A stretch of 64,000 bases of DNA from an uncultured Bacteroidota bacterium (lineage in GTDB: Bacteria; Bacteroidota; Bacteroidia; Bacteroidales; P3): the NCBI GenBank assembly GCA_902796265.1, contig CADBOG010000137.1, positions 5,243 to 69,242 on the forward strand. The letters are read 5' to 3'. Made by a program: the position numbers and the translations under genes. Below are positions 9,478-19,253 of this stretch, one piece after another. Each line of letters starts with the position of its first letter. Position 1 is the first letter of the stretch. The notes under the pieces were generated by a model. The model had not been told where the DNA came from. It saw only the letters and a program-made list of their open reading frames with translations, and made no database searches.

Positions 9478-10281
9478 TTATTGGTTCTTTTTTGCGAAAA
9501 GTGTTATAATCAATGTGGTAATACTAATAGCAGAAGTCACTATTGATAAGCGGCTTAACCAGAAGTCAACAATTCTGTTGCTGCCACGAATAGTGGTCTT
9601 TGAGGGCCACACATACACAATGTCATTCTGTTGCAGATAGTAGTAAGGCGAGTAGAAGATGTCCTTTGTCAACAAGCTTACAAACTGTGATTGCAGCTCA
9701 CCATTAACATCTCTCATCACAAGTATCTTGTCCCTGCGTATACCTATGCCACCATAGCCGCCACCACTACCTTGGGCAAGGTTGGCTTTTGCCACAAGAT
9801 CGAAAAGCGTAACAATTTCATCATCGAACTCGTAAACGCCAGTGGCACTCTCACCTATAACCGTCACTTTGAAGTTGGTGATTTTAACACTTACTGTTGT
9901 ACCTATTGCCAAACCTTCTTCAGCGATTCTTTTTGAGAGGAGTTGCTCAACCTCACTACAGGTCAGACCTTCAACCTTAACTGTGTCGATATGTGGGAAG
10001 TTGATGTATCCGTTGTCATTCACTATATAGTTTGTGAGTGATTCCCCATTTTCTATAGAGTTTATCTTGTTGTTGAACATCGCAGCGAGCTGAGGTAGCT
10101 CGTGGGTGACTACGATGCGGAGTTCATCACCTCTCTTTATGTGAAGCTGCTGGATACGTGGTAAAGTGTAGGTTGTATCCACATTCAGGTCGTTCAGTAG
10201 AACATACTCCTTTTCTGTTCCACATGATGCCACTAAAATGGCCACTAAGCTGATTAAAAATAAATTACGAATATTTCTCAT
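9478..10281 (-). CDS. wza: Polysaccharide export outer-membrane protein (Wza-like; Poly_export plus SLBB)
   Basis: Lipoprotein-type signal LVAILVASCGT. The 267-aa ORF lies directly upstream of wzc, has a hydrophobic C-terminal helix (IVTSAISITTLIITLF) and shows a typical Bacteroidetes Wza layout. Confidence 0.85.
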   Translation of the reverse strand: MRNIRNLFLISLVAILVASCGTEKEYVLLNDLNVDTTYTLPRIQQLHIKRGDELRIVVTHELPQLAAMFNNKINSIENGESLTNYIVNDNGYINFPHIDTVKVEGLTCSEVEQLLSKRIAEEGLAIGTTVSVKITNFKVTVIGESATGVYEFDDEIVTLFDLVAKANLAQGSGGGYGGIGIRRDKILVMRDVNGELQSQFVSLLTKDIFYSPYYYLQQNDIVYVWPSKTTIRGSNRIVDFWLSRLSIVTSAISITTLIITLFAKKNQ

Positions 10282-10282
10282 T

Positions 10283-11017
10283 TTATATCTTAGAAGAGTA
10301 TTGTTTAACGTAACGTAAATATTTTGGTGTTGAAACGAAATTACGGTTCCACATCCTGCGAGGCTCTTTTATTAGGCGTATCAGCCACTCTATCCTCATT
10401 CGCACTGCCCATGCTGGAGCTCTCTTGACGGTGCCGGCATAAAAGTCAAAAACAGCACCGATACTCGCCACAATCTTAACATTTTCCAGCATTCCACGAT
10501 ATTTCTCCACCCATTTTTCTTGTTTAGGAGCTGTCATGGAAACAAAAAGAACATCAGGAGCAAAATTGTTAATGTCCTCAATAATACTCATGCTTTCCTC
10601 TTTGCTCAGCTCTTCGCAGTAGGTCGGTGACCAGAACCGCGCTTTAATGGAAGGCGCTTCTTTCTCAAGCCGCTCTTTGATAAGCCTCAACACATTCTCG
10701 GTGCTGCCCATATAATAAACCTTTCCACCAATCCTTGACAATGCAGAAATTAGTTCTTTATGGATATCGTCCCCTGCTATTTTTTTTATTTCAACACCTC
10801 GGTACTTTCTGAGTGTCATGCAGATACCCTCTCCATCAGGCAGAAGGTAGTCGCAATTCATGAGCGCATGCTTGAATTCAGGGTCATCGAGTGCATTAAC
10901 AAAAGAGTGCGGATTGATGCAGTTCACAATCCTTGTATGCCCATCATTGGTATTGTCCAAATGACGGGTTATCAAGCTGATATCGTCAACTATTTCGTAC
11001 TCGAAAAACTTATGCAT
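10283..11017 (-). CDS. WecB/TagA/CpsF-family glycosyltransferase (GT26)
   Basis: 244-aa ORF. Segments INCINPHSFVNALDDPEFKHALMNCDYLLPDGEGI and MGSTENVL...APKQEKW are characteristic of the WecG/TagA family. It is the first gene of the operon. Confidence 0.85.
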   Translation of the reverse strand: MHKFFEYEIVDDISLITRHLDNTNDGHTRIVNCINPHSFVNALDDPEFKHALMNCDYLLPDGEGICMTLRKYRGVEIKKIAGDDIHKELISALSRIGGKVYYMGSTENVLRLIKERLEKEAPSIKARFWSPTYCEELSKEESMSIIEDINNFAPDVLFVSMTAPKQEKWVEKYRGMLENVKIVASIGAVFDFYAGTVKRAPAWAVRMRIEWLIRLIKEPRRMWNRNFVSTPKYLRYVKQYSSKI

Positions 11018-11253
11018 AATATTTTAGAATGGAAAAAGCACACTCCCGCCACGGTCAGTCCCATTAGAGAATGTACCAACCCGCACAGAAATTATTTGTC
11101 GGGCATATGTTGGCAAATGCGTGCTGCAATGGTATTTTCATAACATTTATGGTTTTGAAATAACGTTTTTGCGTCGCTATATATATATATTATTTCTATA
11201 ATAAGCAGAACGTGTTGCAATTACGCTATTTTTTACCATGCATTTGCTGAATA

Positions 11254-11261
11254 CAAAAATA
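11254..11261 (-). promoter_or_regulatory. Candidate Bacteroidetes -7 promoter box (TATTTTTG on minus strand) for the polysaccharide operon
   Basis: The plus strand reads caaaaata, which is TAnnTTTG on the minus strand, about 237 nt upstream of the ATG at 11017. It is the only exact match to the consensus that I found in this intergenic region. Confidence 0.3.
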
Positions 11262-11478
11262 AAAAAAACTTTTGATACGGCAAAATTCATCATAATTTTA
11301 GGTACTTTTTATAATAATTATAGTTCTATGACGTTAATAGTCAAATCAAGGCAAACACTGAAAAACCTTCGATAGAGACTTCAAACTCCAGGGAAATATA
11401 ATCAATCTCTTAATATAATCAAACTCTTAGAAAATGGAAATCTTGGTTGTCTGATCTTTTTATATTAATAATTTGCAA

Positions 11479-12006
11479 ATGAATTTCTTGGATTTACTCA
11501 TAGCTGTTCCTTTGGGATATTTGGTTTTCAAAGGCTATAAAAGAGGTATCATATTTGAGCTTGCTTCTTTGGCAGGTGTTGTTTTCGGATGCATTGTTGC
11601 TGTCCGAATGGCAAAAATGTTTTCCTTGTTGATTGGATTAGAGGGCGATAATGCTTTCCTTATTTCATTCTTCATCCTTTTTATTGGTGTCGTCATACTT
11701 GCACTCTTTATTGGTAAACTGGTAGAACGGTTTGTGAAGCTGATTCACGTGGGTTTTATGAACAATCTTATAGGAGCACTTTTTGGCATGATAAAGGGTC
11801 TTTGTATTGTTGGAGTGTTACTTTATTATATTGCAGTTATAGATTTGAATGAAAAGGTTTTGACATGTGATGTTAAACAGTCGTCGATGCTGTATCGTCC
11901 AGTTCTTAAAGCAGGTTCACAGCTGGTAGGAAAAATGGATGATTACCTCAAAGAAAGGAAACAAAAAGTCGATTGTGAATCTGAGAATTTATTAAGTCAA
12001 CATTAG
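11479..12006 (+). CDS. cvpA: CvpA-family membrane protein (colicin V production protein homolog)
   Basis: MNFLDLLIAVPLGYLVFKGYKRGIIFELASLAGVV, with 4 predicted TM segments. The track start at 11473 is TTG, so I prefer the ATG at 11479. Confidence 0.85.
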   Translation: MNFLDLLIAVPLGYLVFKGYKRGIIFELASLAGVVFGCIVAVRMAKMFSLLIGLEGDNAFLISFFILFIGVVILALFIGKLVERFVKLIHVGFMNNLIGALFGMIKGLCIVGVLLYYIAVIDLNEKVLTCDVKQSSMLYRPVLKAGSQLVGKMDDYLKERKQKVDCESENLLSQH

Positions 12007-12030
12007 TTACATAAAACTAAACTCTACCCC

Positions 12031-13008
12031 ATGCTGATTCTCGCTCCAATGCAAGGCCTCACAGAGCTGCTTTTCCGAAAGACTTTCAGTCGTTGCTATC
12101 CTGGTGCTTTCGACCTAAGTATTAGCCCTTTCCTTTCATTGACACATGGAAACCTAAAGGATGCAGGAAAGAAGGTTGAGGATGTGATGCCCGAATTGAA
12201 TAAAGGCTCCATGCCTGTTATACCTCAACTCTTAGGACATGAAATAGATGGGTTTATTGACCTATCCAATCGACTCTTTGATTTGGGATATAATGAAGTG
12301 AATTGGAATATGGGGTGTCCTATGCGGCGTGTTGCAGGCAAACACAGAGGATCAGGAATACTTCCTTATCCTGACGAAGTAAGAGAGATTCTTGATGCTG
12401 TAGTACCATCACTAAAACCACAGTTGTCGGTTAAGGTTCGTCTTGGATATCGCACATCAGATGAGATAGATAGAATAATACCCATTCTTAACGACTATCC
12501 ATTGGCCAGTGTTACTGTGCATCCTCGTATCGGTAAGCAAATGTACTCAGGTACTCCTGACCTAAAGCGTTTTGCCGAGATATTACCAATGATAAAGCAT
12601 CCTGTAATCTACAATGGTGATGTCAATAGTGTGTATGATTACAAAAAAATACGCACTCTTTTCCCCACAGTAAAGGATGTGATGATTGGTCGTGGGGCAC
12701 TATATAATCCTCAGTTACCCACATTGATAAAACAGCATTGTATAGAAGATTTCAAGGATAGCGAATCGGTAAAAAGTGTTGAAGATTTCAATAACGTAAA
12801 ACCGATGCCTGCAGAGCAGTTTATCAATGAGCTTACAGACGATATACTAAAACTAAATATCCCCGAGCAAGCAAAAATACGCAAAATCAAAGAGTATTGG
12901 TGCCTTCTCTCGAAATCGCTACATGGTAGCGAGGAGTATAAACGACGTCTGCTTCATTGTGAGGATTTGGAGGCAATGAGAACCCTAATTTTTGAGATGA
13001 CGAAGTAG
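12031..13008 (+). CDS. tRNA-dihydrouridine synthase family protein
   Basis: The Dus-family TIM barrel is indicated by LAPMQGLTE, NWNMGCPMRRVAGKHRGSGIL (catalytic Cys region), VKVRLG and TVHPR. Confidence 0.85.
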   Translation: MLILAPMQGLTELLFRKTFSRCYPGAFDLSISPFLSLTHGNLKDAGKKVEDVMPELNKGSMPVIPQLLGHEIDGFIDLSNRLFDLGYNEVNWNMGCPMRRVAGKHRGSGILPYPDEVREILDAVVPSLKPQLSVKVRLGYRTSDEIDRIIPILNDYPLASVTVHPRIGKQMYSGTPDLKRFAEILPMIKHPVIYNGDVNSVYDYKKIRTLFPTVKDVMIGRGALYNPQLPTLIKQHCIEDFKDSESVKSVEDFNNVKPMPAEQFINELTDDILKLNIPEQAKIRKIKEYWCLLSKSLHGSEEYKRRLLHCEDLEAMRTLIFEMTK

Positions 13009-13592
13009 ACAACGGCACCGATGCCAAGTCCTAAAAGGGCACCGCAAATGATATCTCCAGGATAATGTTTGCCAAGATATGGACGACTGTAACTCAGTAT
13101 GATAGCCCAACCCATTAACAAGGGTGCTATCCAAGGACTTCGGAATCCGCTACCAATACTCTTCCAAAACTTTTCTTCTGTTCGCAGATTACTGTTTTCT
13201 TTGCGGCGACCTCCATACATCAAGCTGATAAACATGGCAATAGCGAAACCGTTTGCCGCATGAGATGAAACGAAGCCATAAAGTCCGCCTTTTCCGGTAT
13301 GGAACATTCGGACATTCTCCAAAGCATGGCAGGGTCGCAATCGTTGCACCCCATCCTTGATAGCATTATTACTTATTTGGTCAGCAAGAAGGAAGCATAA
13401 AGCTATACCTATCAGAAACCACATCCAGCTACTTCTATCCTTGCGTAATGTGACAATAATAAATACCAAAAGAATAATGATAGCCCATGACCATTTCGCA
13501 CTGAATCCCCACATTGTCCAATCGAGCCATTCAGTATGGTGACCGTTAATCCACCAAAAGAGTTGTTCGTCAATTGCTTTAATCTTCTCCAT
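12954..13592 (-). CDS. PAP2-superfamily phosphatase (lipid phosphate / undecaprenyl-diphosphate phosphatase-like)
   Basis: All three PAP2 motifs are present: K..VQRLRP, SSHAANG and [13 protein letters not shown]. It is a multi-TM protein. Confidence 0.85.
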   Translation of the reverse strand: MEKIKAIDEQLFWWINGHHTEWLDWTMWGFSAKWSWAIIILLVFIIVTLRKDRSSWMWFLIGIALCFLLADQISNNAIKDGVQRLRPCHALENVRMFHTGKGGLYGFVSSHAANGFAIAMFISLMYGGRRKENSNLRTEEKFWKSIGSGFRSPWIAPLLMGWAIILSYSRPYLGKHYPGDIICGALLGLGIGAVVYFVISKIRVLIASKSSQ

Positions 13593-14574
13593 GTAGTTCG
13601 TTGAAAATTAAATCTTTCAGTTGCTGGATATTGTAACCAGTAACAGCACTTACCATGATGGTGGGGAGAGTGCGAGGAAGAGTACGTTTCATCTGCTTTA
13701 TCATATCCTCATCGAGGATGTCGCATTTGGTGACAGCGAGGATACGTTTCTTATCGAGCAATTCGGGATTATACTTCTTGAGTTCCTTAAGCAAGATATT
13801 ATATTCTTTCTTTATGTCCACACTCTCGCATGAAACCATAAAGAGAAGAATAGAGTTGCGTTCGATGTGTCTTAGGAATCTCAATCCCAAGCCTTTCCCC
13901 TCGGCTGCACCTTCGATGATGCCGGGAATATCGGCAATGCAAAACGACTGGTCGTCGTGGTATTTGACTATTCCCAGATTGGGTGTAAGAGTAGTAAATG
14001 GATAATCTGCAATCTCGGGTTTTGCAGCAGATACGACAGAGAGAAATGTGGATTTTCCGGCATTGGGGAAACCGACAAGACCTACGTCGGCCAATACTTT
14101 AAGTTCGATTATTACCCAGCGTTCCTCAGCAGGTTCACCTGGCTGAGCATATCGAGGTGTCTGATTAGTAGGAGATTTGAAATGGTCGTTTCCCCATCCA
14201 CCTCGTCCGCCTTTAGCTATGATAGCCATTTGGCCGTTCTCGGTTATTTCGCATAGCTGTTCGCCTGTCTCAGCGTCACGGCAGATGCATCCAAGCGGCA
14301 CATCAAGAATTTCATCCTTACCTTCACGTCCTGTACATAGGTTTTGTCCTCCGTTTTGTCCGTTTTCGGCAAAAACATGTTTTGTATATTTCAGATGGAG
14401 CAATGTCCAGCGGTTGTTGTTGCCTCTAAGAATAACGTGTCCTCCACGCCCACCGTCACCACCGTCAGGTCCGGCTTTGGCGTTATATTTCACTCTGAGG
14501 AGGTGTGCAGAACCCGCACCGCCTTTCCCTGAGCGCACCATAATCTTAACGTAGTCAACGAAGTTTGAAGTCAC
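13579..14574 (-). CDS. obg: GTPase Obg/CgtA
   Basis: Obg fold with glycine-rich N-terminus: [46 protein letters not shown]1 motif GFPNAGKST and G3 motif DIPGIIEGA. Confidence 0.97.
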   Translation of the reverse strand: MTSNFVDYVKIMVRSGKGGAGSAHLLRVKYNAKAGPDGGDGGRGGHVILRGNNNRWTLLHLKYTKHVFAENGQNGGQNLCTGREGKDEILDVPLGCICRDAETGEQLCEITENGQMAIIAKGGRGGWGNDHFKSPTNQTPRYAQPGEPAEERWVIIELKVLADVGLVGFPNAGKSTFLSVVSAAKPEIADYPFTTLTPNLGIVKYHDDQSFCIADIPGIIEGAAEGKGLGLRFLRHIERNSILLFMVSCESVDIKKEYNILLKELKKYNPELLDKKRILAVTKCDILDEDMIKQMKRTLPRTLPTIMVSAVTGYNIQQLKDLIFNELHGED

Positions 14575-14691
14575 TTTATTAAGGTATTGAAGGGTGAATG
14601 ATGATGATTTAAATGTACAAAAGCAATAACAACTTAGTATAAAGCATTGGTTTATACGTATGTGCTACGCAGTTGTTCATAATATAAATGG

Positions 14692-14724
14692 AGGCTGTGG
14701 AGGTCGCTAAACCACCCACAGCCT
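14692..14724 (-). terminator. Rho-independent terminator-like hairpin downstream of adk
   Basis: AGGCTGTGG (14692-14700) pairs with CCACAGCCT (14716-14724), a 9-bp GC-rich stem with a 15-nt loop. It lies 18 nt past the adk stop and is followed on the minus strand by a T-containing tail (ccatttatatt). Confidence 0.55.
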
Positions 14725-14741
14725 TTAAAGGAAACGGGATA

Positions 14742-15308
14742 TTATTTGCGTTTCTCTATTTCGGCAATAATAGCGGCTGATATTTCTTTAATATCACCAA
14801 AGCCGTTGACCTTAACGTGGAGGCCTTTGCCTTCATAGTAGGAGGCGACAGGGAGAGTCTTTGCCTCGTACTCTTTAAGGCGATTTTTGATGGTCTCCTC
14901 GTTATCGTCGCTACGTCCCGACACTTTGGCACGTTCAAGCATGCGGCGAATCAGTTCCTCGCGTGGGACATCAAGGCTAATCATGCATGTGAGTTTGCGG
15001 CCATGTTTATCGAGCAGTTTCTCGAGTGTTTCGGCTTGGGCAACATTTCTCGGAAAACCGTCAAAAAGAATACCTTGAGTGTCGTTAGCAATAGCCTTGT
15101 CAATCATTTCGACGACAATATCGTCGCTGACAAGGCTGCCAGAATCCATTATGCTTTTGATGCGTTTGCCGAGTTCCGTTTGGTCGGCAATTTCTTTGCG
15201 AAGGAGGTCGCCTGTGGAGATATGGTTGAGTTTGTATTTCTCGACCAACAAATCCGATTGGGTGCCTTTACCAGCACCAGGAGCTCCAAAAAGAATTATG
15301 TTGAGCAT
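14742..15308 (-). CDS. adk: Adenylate kinase
   Basis: MLNIILFGAPGAGKGTQS P-loop, the segment HISTGDLLR, and a short LID type. Confidence 0.97.
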   Translation of the reverse strand: MLNIILFGAPGAGKGTQSDLLVEKYKLNHISTGDLLRKEIADQTELGKRIKSIMDSGSLVSDDIVVEMIDKAIANDTQGILFDGFPRNVAQAETLEKLLDKHGRKLTCMISLDVPREELIRRMLERAKVSGRSDDNEETIKNRLKEYEAKTLPVASYYEGKGLHVKVNGFGDIKEISAAIIAEIEKRK

Positions 15309-15344
15309 TTTGTGTAGTAGTTAAAAGATAAGGAGGATAAGGTT

Positions 15345-16247
15345 TTACTTAACAGAAACGATTTCGATTTCGAAAAGAAGAGGGCTGTTAGGTGGGATGC
15401 GGTCGCTGTTGCCTTTCTGGCCATAGCCTAACCAAGAGGGGATAATGAGGGTGAGTTTGCTGCCTTCGGGCTGGTTGATGACACCCTTGTCCCATCCGCT
15501 GATGAGCGACATAGAACCAACGGTGTAGCTAAGAGGAGCATACTGACGAGAAGGATCATAGATGCCGTTATCTTTTGCAACTTTCTCAACGCTTGTATCG
15601 AAGATTTTGCCGTCGAGGAGGCGACCAGTATAGTTGATGGCGACATTGCGACCAATCTCAACCTTGTTACCTTTACCCTTCTTGTTCACAACGATATAAA
15701 GACCATCCTCGTTGGGGGTGGCATTAATCTTGTTGTCTTCGACATACTTGGCGAGAGTTTCGCGCTCAGCATCTTGGAGTTGTTTGTAATTCTCCTCGAA
15801 GAGAGCTTGCTCCTGAGCGATTTCATCCTGAGTGATGATGTCGGTGAGGTTAATCTCGTAATAGAGTTTCATGCCTGTACCTTCCTTGTAGAAAGGAGGA
15901 AAGCGGAAACCGAATTTGTAAAGAGAGTCGGCGCTTACACCAAAAACGGCTTTGTCACCGAGGTGCATCATGAGAAGGCCTTCGGAGAGGTCGCCCTTGA
16001 AAACAGAAGGACTTGCCATCAAGATACGGTCGGGTTTGTCGACATTGATAAGGACAGAGTCGTTGAGTTTCAGCACACATGTGCCAACGAGAACGTCGCC
16101 AGCTTTGACTTGCTGGGCATCTTTGTTGATCTCGAGGAATCTGTATTCGAGACCATTTTTTGTGGTTTTCCAACCGTCGTTGTTGCAGGAGGTCAGCATG
16201 ACCATAGCTGCGACGGAGAGAGCAATAAATTTGAATACTTTTTTCAT
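15345..16247 (-). CDS. FKBP-type peptidyl-prolyl cis-trans isomerase lipoprotein (two-domain)
   Basis: Lipoprotein signal AMVMLTSCNNDG. The C-terminal FKBP_C domain reads VAINYTGRLLDGKIFDTS...GSMSLISGWDKGV...GSKLTLIIPSWLGYG. Confidence 0.9.
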   Translation of the reverse strand: MKKVFKFIALSVAAMVMLTSCNNDGWKTTKNGLEYRFLEINKDAQQVKAGDVLVGTCVLKLNDSVLINVDKPDRILMASPSVFKGDLSEGLLMMHLGDKAVFGVSADSLYKFGFRFPPFYKEGTGMKLYYEINLTDIITQDEIAQEQALFEENYKQLQDAERETLAKYVEDNKINATPNEDGLYIVVNKKGKGNKVEIGRNVAINYTGRLLDGKIFDTSVEKVAKDNGIYDPSRQYAPLSYTVGSMSLISGWDKGVINQPEGSKLTLIIPSWLGYGQKGNSDRIPPNSPLLFEIEIVSVK

Positions 16248-16289
16248 TGGTTTATAATGTTTTGATTTTGATTATTATCGTTGTTTATA

Positions 16290-16814
16290 TTATTTCTCTT
16301 TGATTTTGAGGTCGAGAATAAGAATAGTGCTTTTGGGAATGCGGTCACCGTCGCCGCCGATACCGTAAGCTAGTGCGGAGGGGAGAATGACTCTGGCTCG
16401 GCTGCCGTAGTGAAGTTGTAGTATTGCCTGGTCAAGGCCAATCATCTGCTGTCGTCTACCGGCAACGAAACATTCAGACAACTCACTATAGATGGTTCTT
16501 CCATTCACCGCCTCAACACTATAGTCAACGCAAACACTATCCTCAAATTCTATAGGAGAGCCGTTGCCTTTCTCATATTCCCATATTCTTGCACCTTCGG
16601 GAAGCCGTACCATCGACCATCCATGACGAGAAATATATTGGTCAATAGAAGTTTCTTCGGCTTGAGCTATTGTGCGGTTGGCATTAATGAGATTCTCCTG
16701 AAGATTATTGTTTGATTGAGAAGGCCCCATGATAATGGGAGGGTCGTTATGACACGATGCAAAAAGCATTAGTGTGAAAATAGCAGACAATATGTAGACA
16801 ATGTGATTTCTCAT
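16290..16814 (-). CDS. FKBP-type peptidyl-prolyl cis-trans isomerase lipoprotein
   Basis: Signal LMLFASCHND and FKBP_C-like C-terminus (GLDQAILQLHYGSRARVILPSALAYG). Confidence 0.8.
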   Translation of the reverse strand: MRNHIVYILSAIFTLMLFASCHNDPPIIMGPSQSNNNLQENLINANRTIAQAEETSIDQYISRHGWSMVRLPEGARIWEYEKGNGSPIEFEDSVCVDYSVEAVNGRTIYSELSECFVAGRRQQMIGLDQAILQLHYGSRARVILPSALAYGIGGDGDRIPKSTILILDLKIKEK

Positions 16815-16825
16815 TGTTCTTAAAC

Positions 16826-17905
16826 CTATTTGAACTCTTTAGCCTCTTGAAGTTCGCGAAGCATGTTGGTTTCGAGTGTGTCTATAGTCGTTTGGAAGTT
16901 GTAAGGAGAAGTGGCACCGCTAGCTTTGGTATGACCGCCACCATTAAAGTATTTGCGGGCGAAAGTATTGACATCGAAGTCGTTCTTTGAGCGGAACGAA
17001 AGCCGAACTTTACCCTCTGCCTCTTTAACAAATACACCCACTTGTATGATTTCCATCATGAGAGTGTAGTTAACCAATCCCTCTAAGTCGTAGGGTGTAC
17101 ATCCTTGAGCTTCAATTTGTTCGGCAGTTATGGCAAAATAGGCGAAACCGACATCGGGAAACACCTTCAGACAATTGCTGATGAGATATCCTAAGAGACG
17201 CATTTTGCGAACAGGGTAATTGTTGAAAATGCGGTTGTGGACATCGGCAGCGTTGAGAGGATGATGCATTAGGATGGCGGTAGCCTCGTATAGAGAAGAT
17301 TCCTCGTTAGAATAAGAGAAACCGCCAGTGTCGGTATTGATGCCGTGGTAGAGGCAACGCGCCACATTGTCGTCGATAGATTTTTCGCCACCAGCCTGCA
17401 TGAAAAGCCAGAAGAGTAACTCGCAAGTAGAGGAAAGGTCGGGAAAAGAGATGACTATTTGGAAAAGCTGAGTGTCGGGGGAGTGGTGGTGATCCACAAC
17501 CATCTTAAAGGCTTTGCTGTTGGTAAGAGCCTCATCGAAAGGCAAAACACGACCCGCGTTATTGAAGTCAACACCAAGAATGATATCGGCATCAGCAATA
17601 GCCTTAATGCAACGCTCTTTGCAGTTTTCAGCATCGATTATTGACTCCGATGCAGGAAGATACTTCATGTCGTCGGGGCAGGCATGAGGCAATATTATTG
17701 AGATTTCAGGCTTCTGATTGTTGGCAAACAGGTGGCCATAAAGCCAGTTATAGCAAGCCAATGATGAGCCTATGGCATCACCGTCGGGATTCATGTGAGA
17801 AAGAATCGCGATATTTTTGGCTTGTTTTAGGTTTGTTACAAAGCCTTCAACTAGTTTATTATCAATAGATAATGGCATAACAAATATAGTATCTGCAAAA
17901 AACAA
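16826..17905 (-). CDS. DHH-family phosphoesterase (NrnA-like oligoribonuclease / pAp phosphatase)
   Basis: DHH motifs ILSHMNPDGDAIGS and VVDHHH, and the DHHA1 motif GGGHTKASGA. The start may instead be M10 (17878). Confidence 0.88.
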   Translation of the reverse strand: MFFADTIFVMPLSIDNKLVEGFVTNLKQAKNIAILSHMNPDGDAIGSSLACYNWLYGHLFANNQKPEISIILPHACPDDMKYLPASESIIDAENCKERCIKAIADADIILGVDFNNAGRVLPFDEALTNSKAFKMVVDHHHSPDTQLFQIVISFPDLSSTCELLFWLFMQAGGEKSIDDNVARCLYHGINTDTGGFSYSNEESSLYEATAILMHHPLNAADVHNRIFNNYPVRKMRLLGYLISNCLKVFPDVGFAYFAITAEQIEAQGCTPYDLEGLVNYTLMMEIIQVGVFVKEAEGKVRLSFRSKNDFDVNTFARKYFNGGGHTKASGATSPYNFQTTIDTLETNMLRELQEAKEFK

Positions 17906-18035
17906 AAATACTCATTTTTATTATGCTGTGAACGATTTGAAAAAAAAGATATCAACTTTTAATTATCAATTATCAACTTACAGTAGCAAACACTTCTCAA
18001 TAATAGTAGCAAATGAGGGGTAAAGAGGGGTGATA

Positions 18036-19193
18036 TTACCACGCCATACCTTTCGAAACCATCCAAGCTTGAGCCTCCTTGTTGCCAAGCTTTGCAGCTT
18101 TCTTATAACTAGAGGTTTCGCGAGCTTTGTTGCCCTGTTTTGCATATAGTTTTGCCATAAGGCAGTAGGTCTCGTGGTCGCGGTCGTTGATGAGGACAGC
18201 CTTCTGGTAGCTGCGAAGAGCTTTGGGGTAGTCGCCTTTAGCTATATATACTTGACCCAGACATTTATAGGAGTCGACATCGTTGGGGTTGAGACGTGTG
18301 GCTTTCTGGTGGTAGGCGATAGCTTCGTCGTAGTTGCCTTTGCGGCTGTAAACGGCACCGAGGCGGTTGTAGGCAGGGATATAGAGGCTATCAAGTCCTA
18401 TGATTGTCTCGTAGCATTGGATTGCCTTCGCATCGTCGCCACGTTGCACAAAAGCTATTCCGAGGAAATAGTAGAGTTTAATTGACTTGTTGTCTTGTTG
18501 GAGACCTTTACGGAGATGAGTAATGGCGGTCTCGTAATTGTTTCTCTGGGTGTACATTACACCGAGATTGTAGTAGGCATCGACATTCTTAGGGTCGTTG
18601 GCGAGAGTTTTGCGGAACTGCTTGAGAGCCTCGTTGTCGTTGCCTCGATTGTAGAGGATAACGCCTAACGTATTCGTTGCACGAGGGAGTTTGGGATTTG
18701 CTTCAATCGCCTTGTTTGCCCAATGCATTGCGTTGGTGTAATTCTTCTTGTAGTTGTAAATCAGCGCCATGCTGCACATGTTGTTGGCGCTTTGCGGATT
18801 AAGTTCCAAAGCCCTTTCGCACATTGCTGTCAGTTCATCAACACCATTAAAATGACGGGATTTATGTCCTTCGAAATCGCCCATTTCGATGTAACACATC
18901 AGCAGATACTCAAGAGCGTTGCTCATAGTATCAGAAATCAGCAACGCCTGATGGAGGCTTTCGGCAGCTTCAGAGGTATGGGAGCGGCGCATCTGGAGTT
19001 TGCCCAAGAGAATGAAAGCATCAGGATTCTGAGGGTCGGAAGCGACAGCTTGAGAATAGTAGTCGAGAGCCCGTTGGTCAAGTCCCAGCTTTTCGGCATT
19101 TATACCCTTGGCAATCAAGTTGCTTGCACTTTCTTGTGCCCACCCAAGTGAAAAGAATAAGCAGAAAGCGATAAAAAGAAATGTATGTTTCAT
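18036..19193 (-). CDS. Secreted tetratricopeptide-repeat (TPR) protein
   Basis: Signal peptide MKHTFLFIAFCLFFSLGWAQ followed by about 9 TPR-like units (repeating A..Y...L...P.N..A...LG pattern). Confidence 0.85.
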   Translation of the reverse strand: MKHTFLFIAFCLFFSLGWAQESASNLIAKGINAEKLGLDQRALDYYSQAVASDPQNPDAFILLGKLQMRRSHTSEAAESLHQALLISDTMSNALEYLLMCYIEMGDFEGHKSRHFNGVDELTAMCERALELNPQSANNMCSMALIYNYKKNYTNAMHWANKAIEANPKLPRATNTLGVILYNRGNDNEALKQFRKTLANDPKNVDAYYNLGVMYTQRNNYETAITHLRKGLQQDNKSIKLYYFLGIAFVQRGDDAKAIQCYETIIGLDSLYIPAYNRLGAVYSRKGNYDEAIAYHQKATRLNPNDVDSYKCLGQVYIAKGDYPKALRSYQKAVLINDRDHETYCLMAKLYAKQGNKARETSSYKKAAKLGNKEAQAWMVSKGMAW

Positions 19194-19253
19194 GTTATCT
19201 AGCAGATTATTCGTTTTTTATTGAAGGTAATAGAGTTTTGAAGTTGTTAAATA

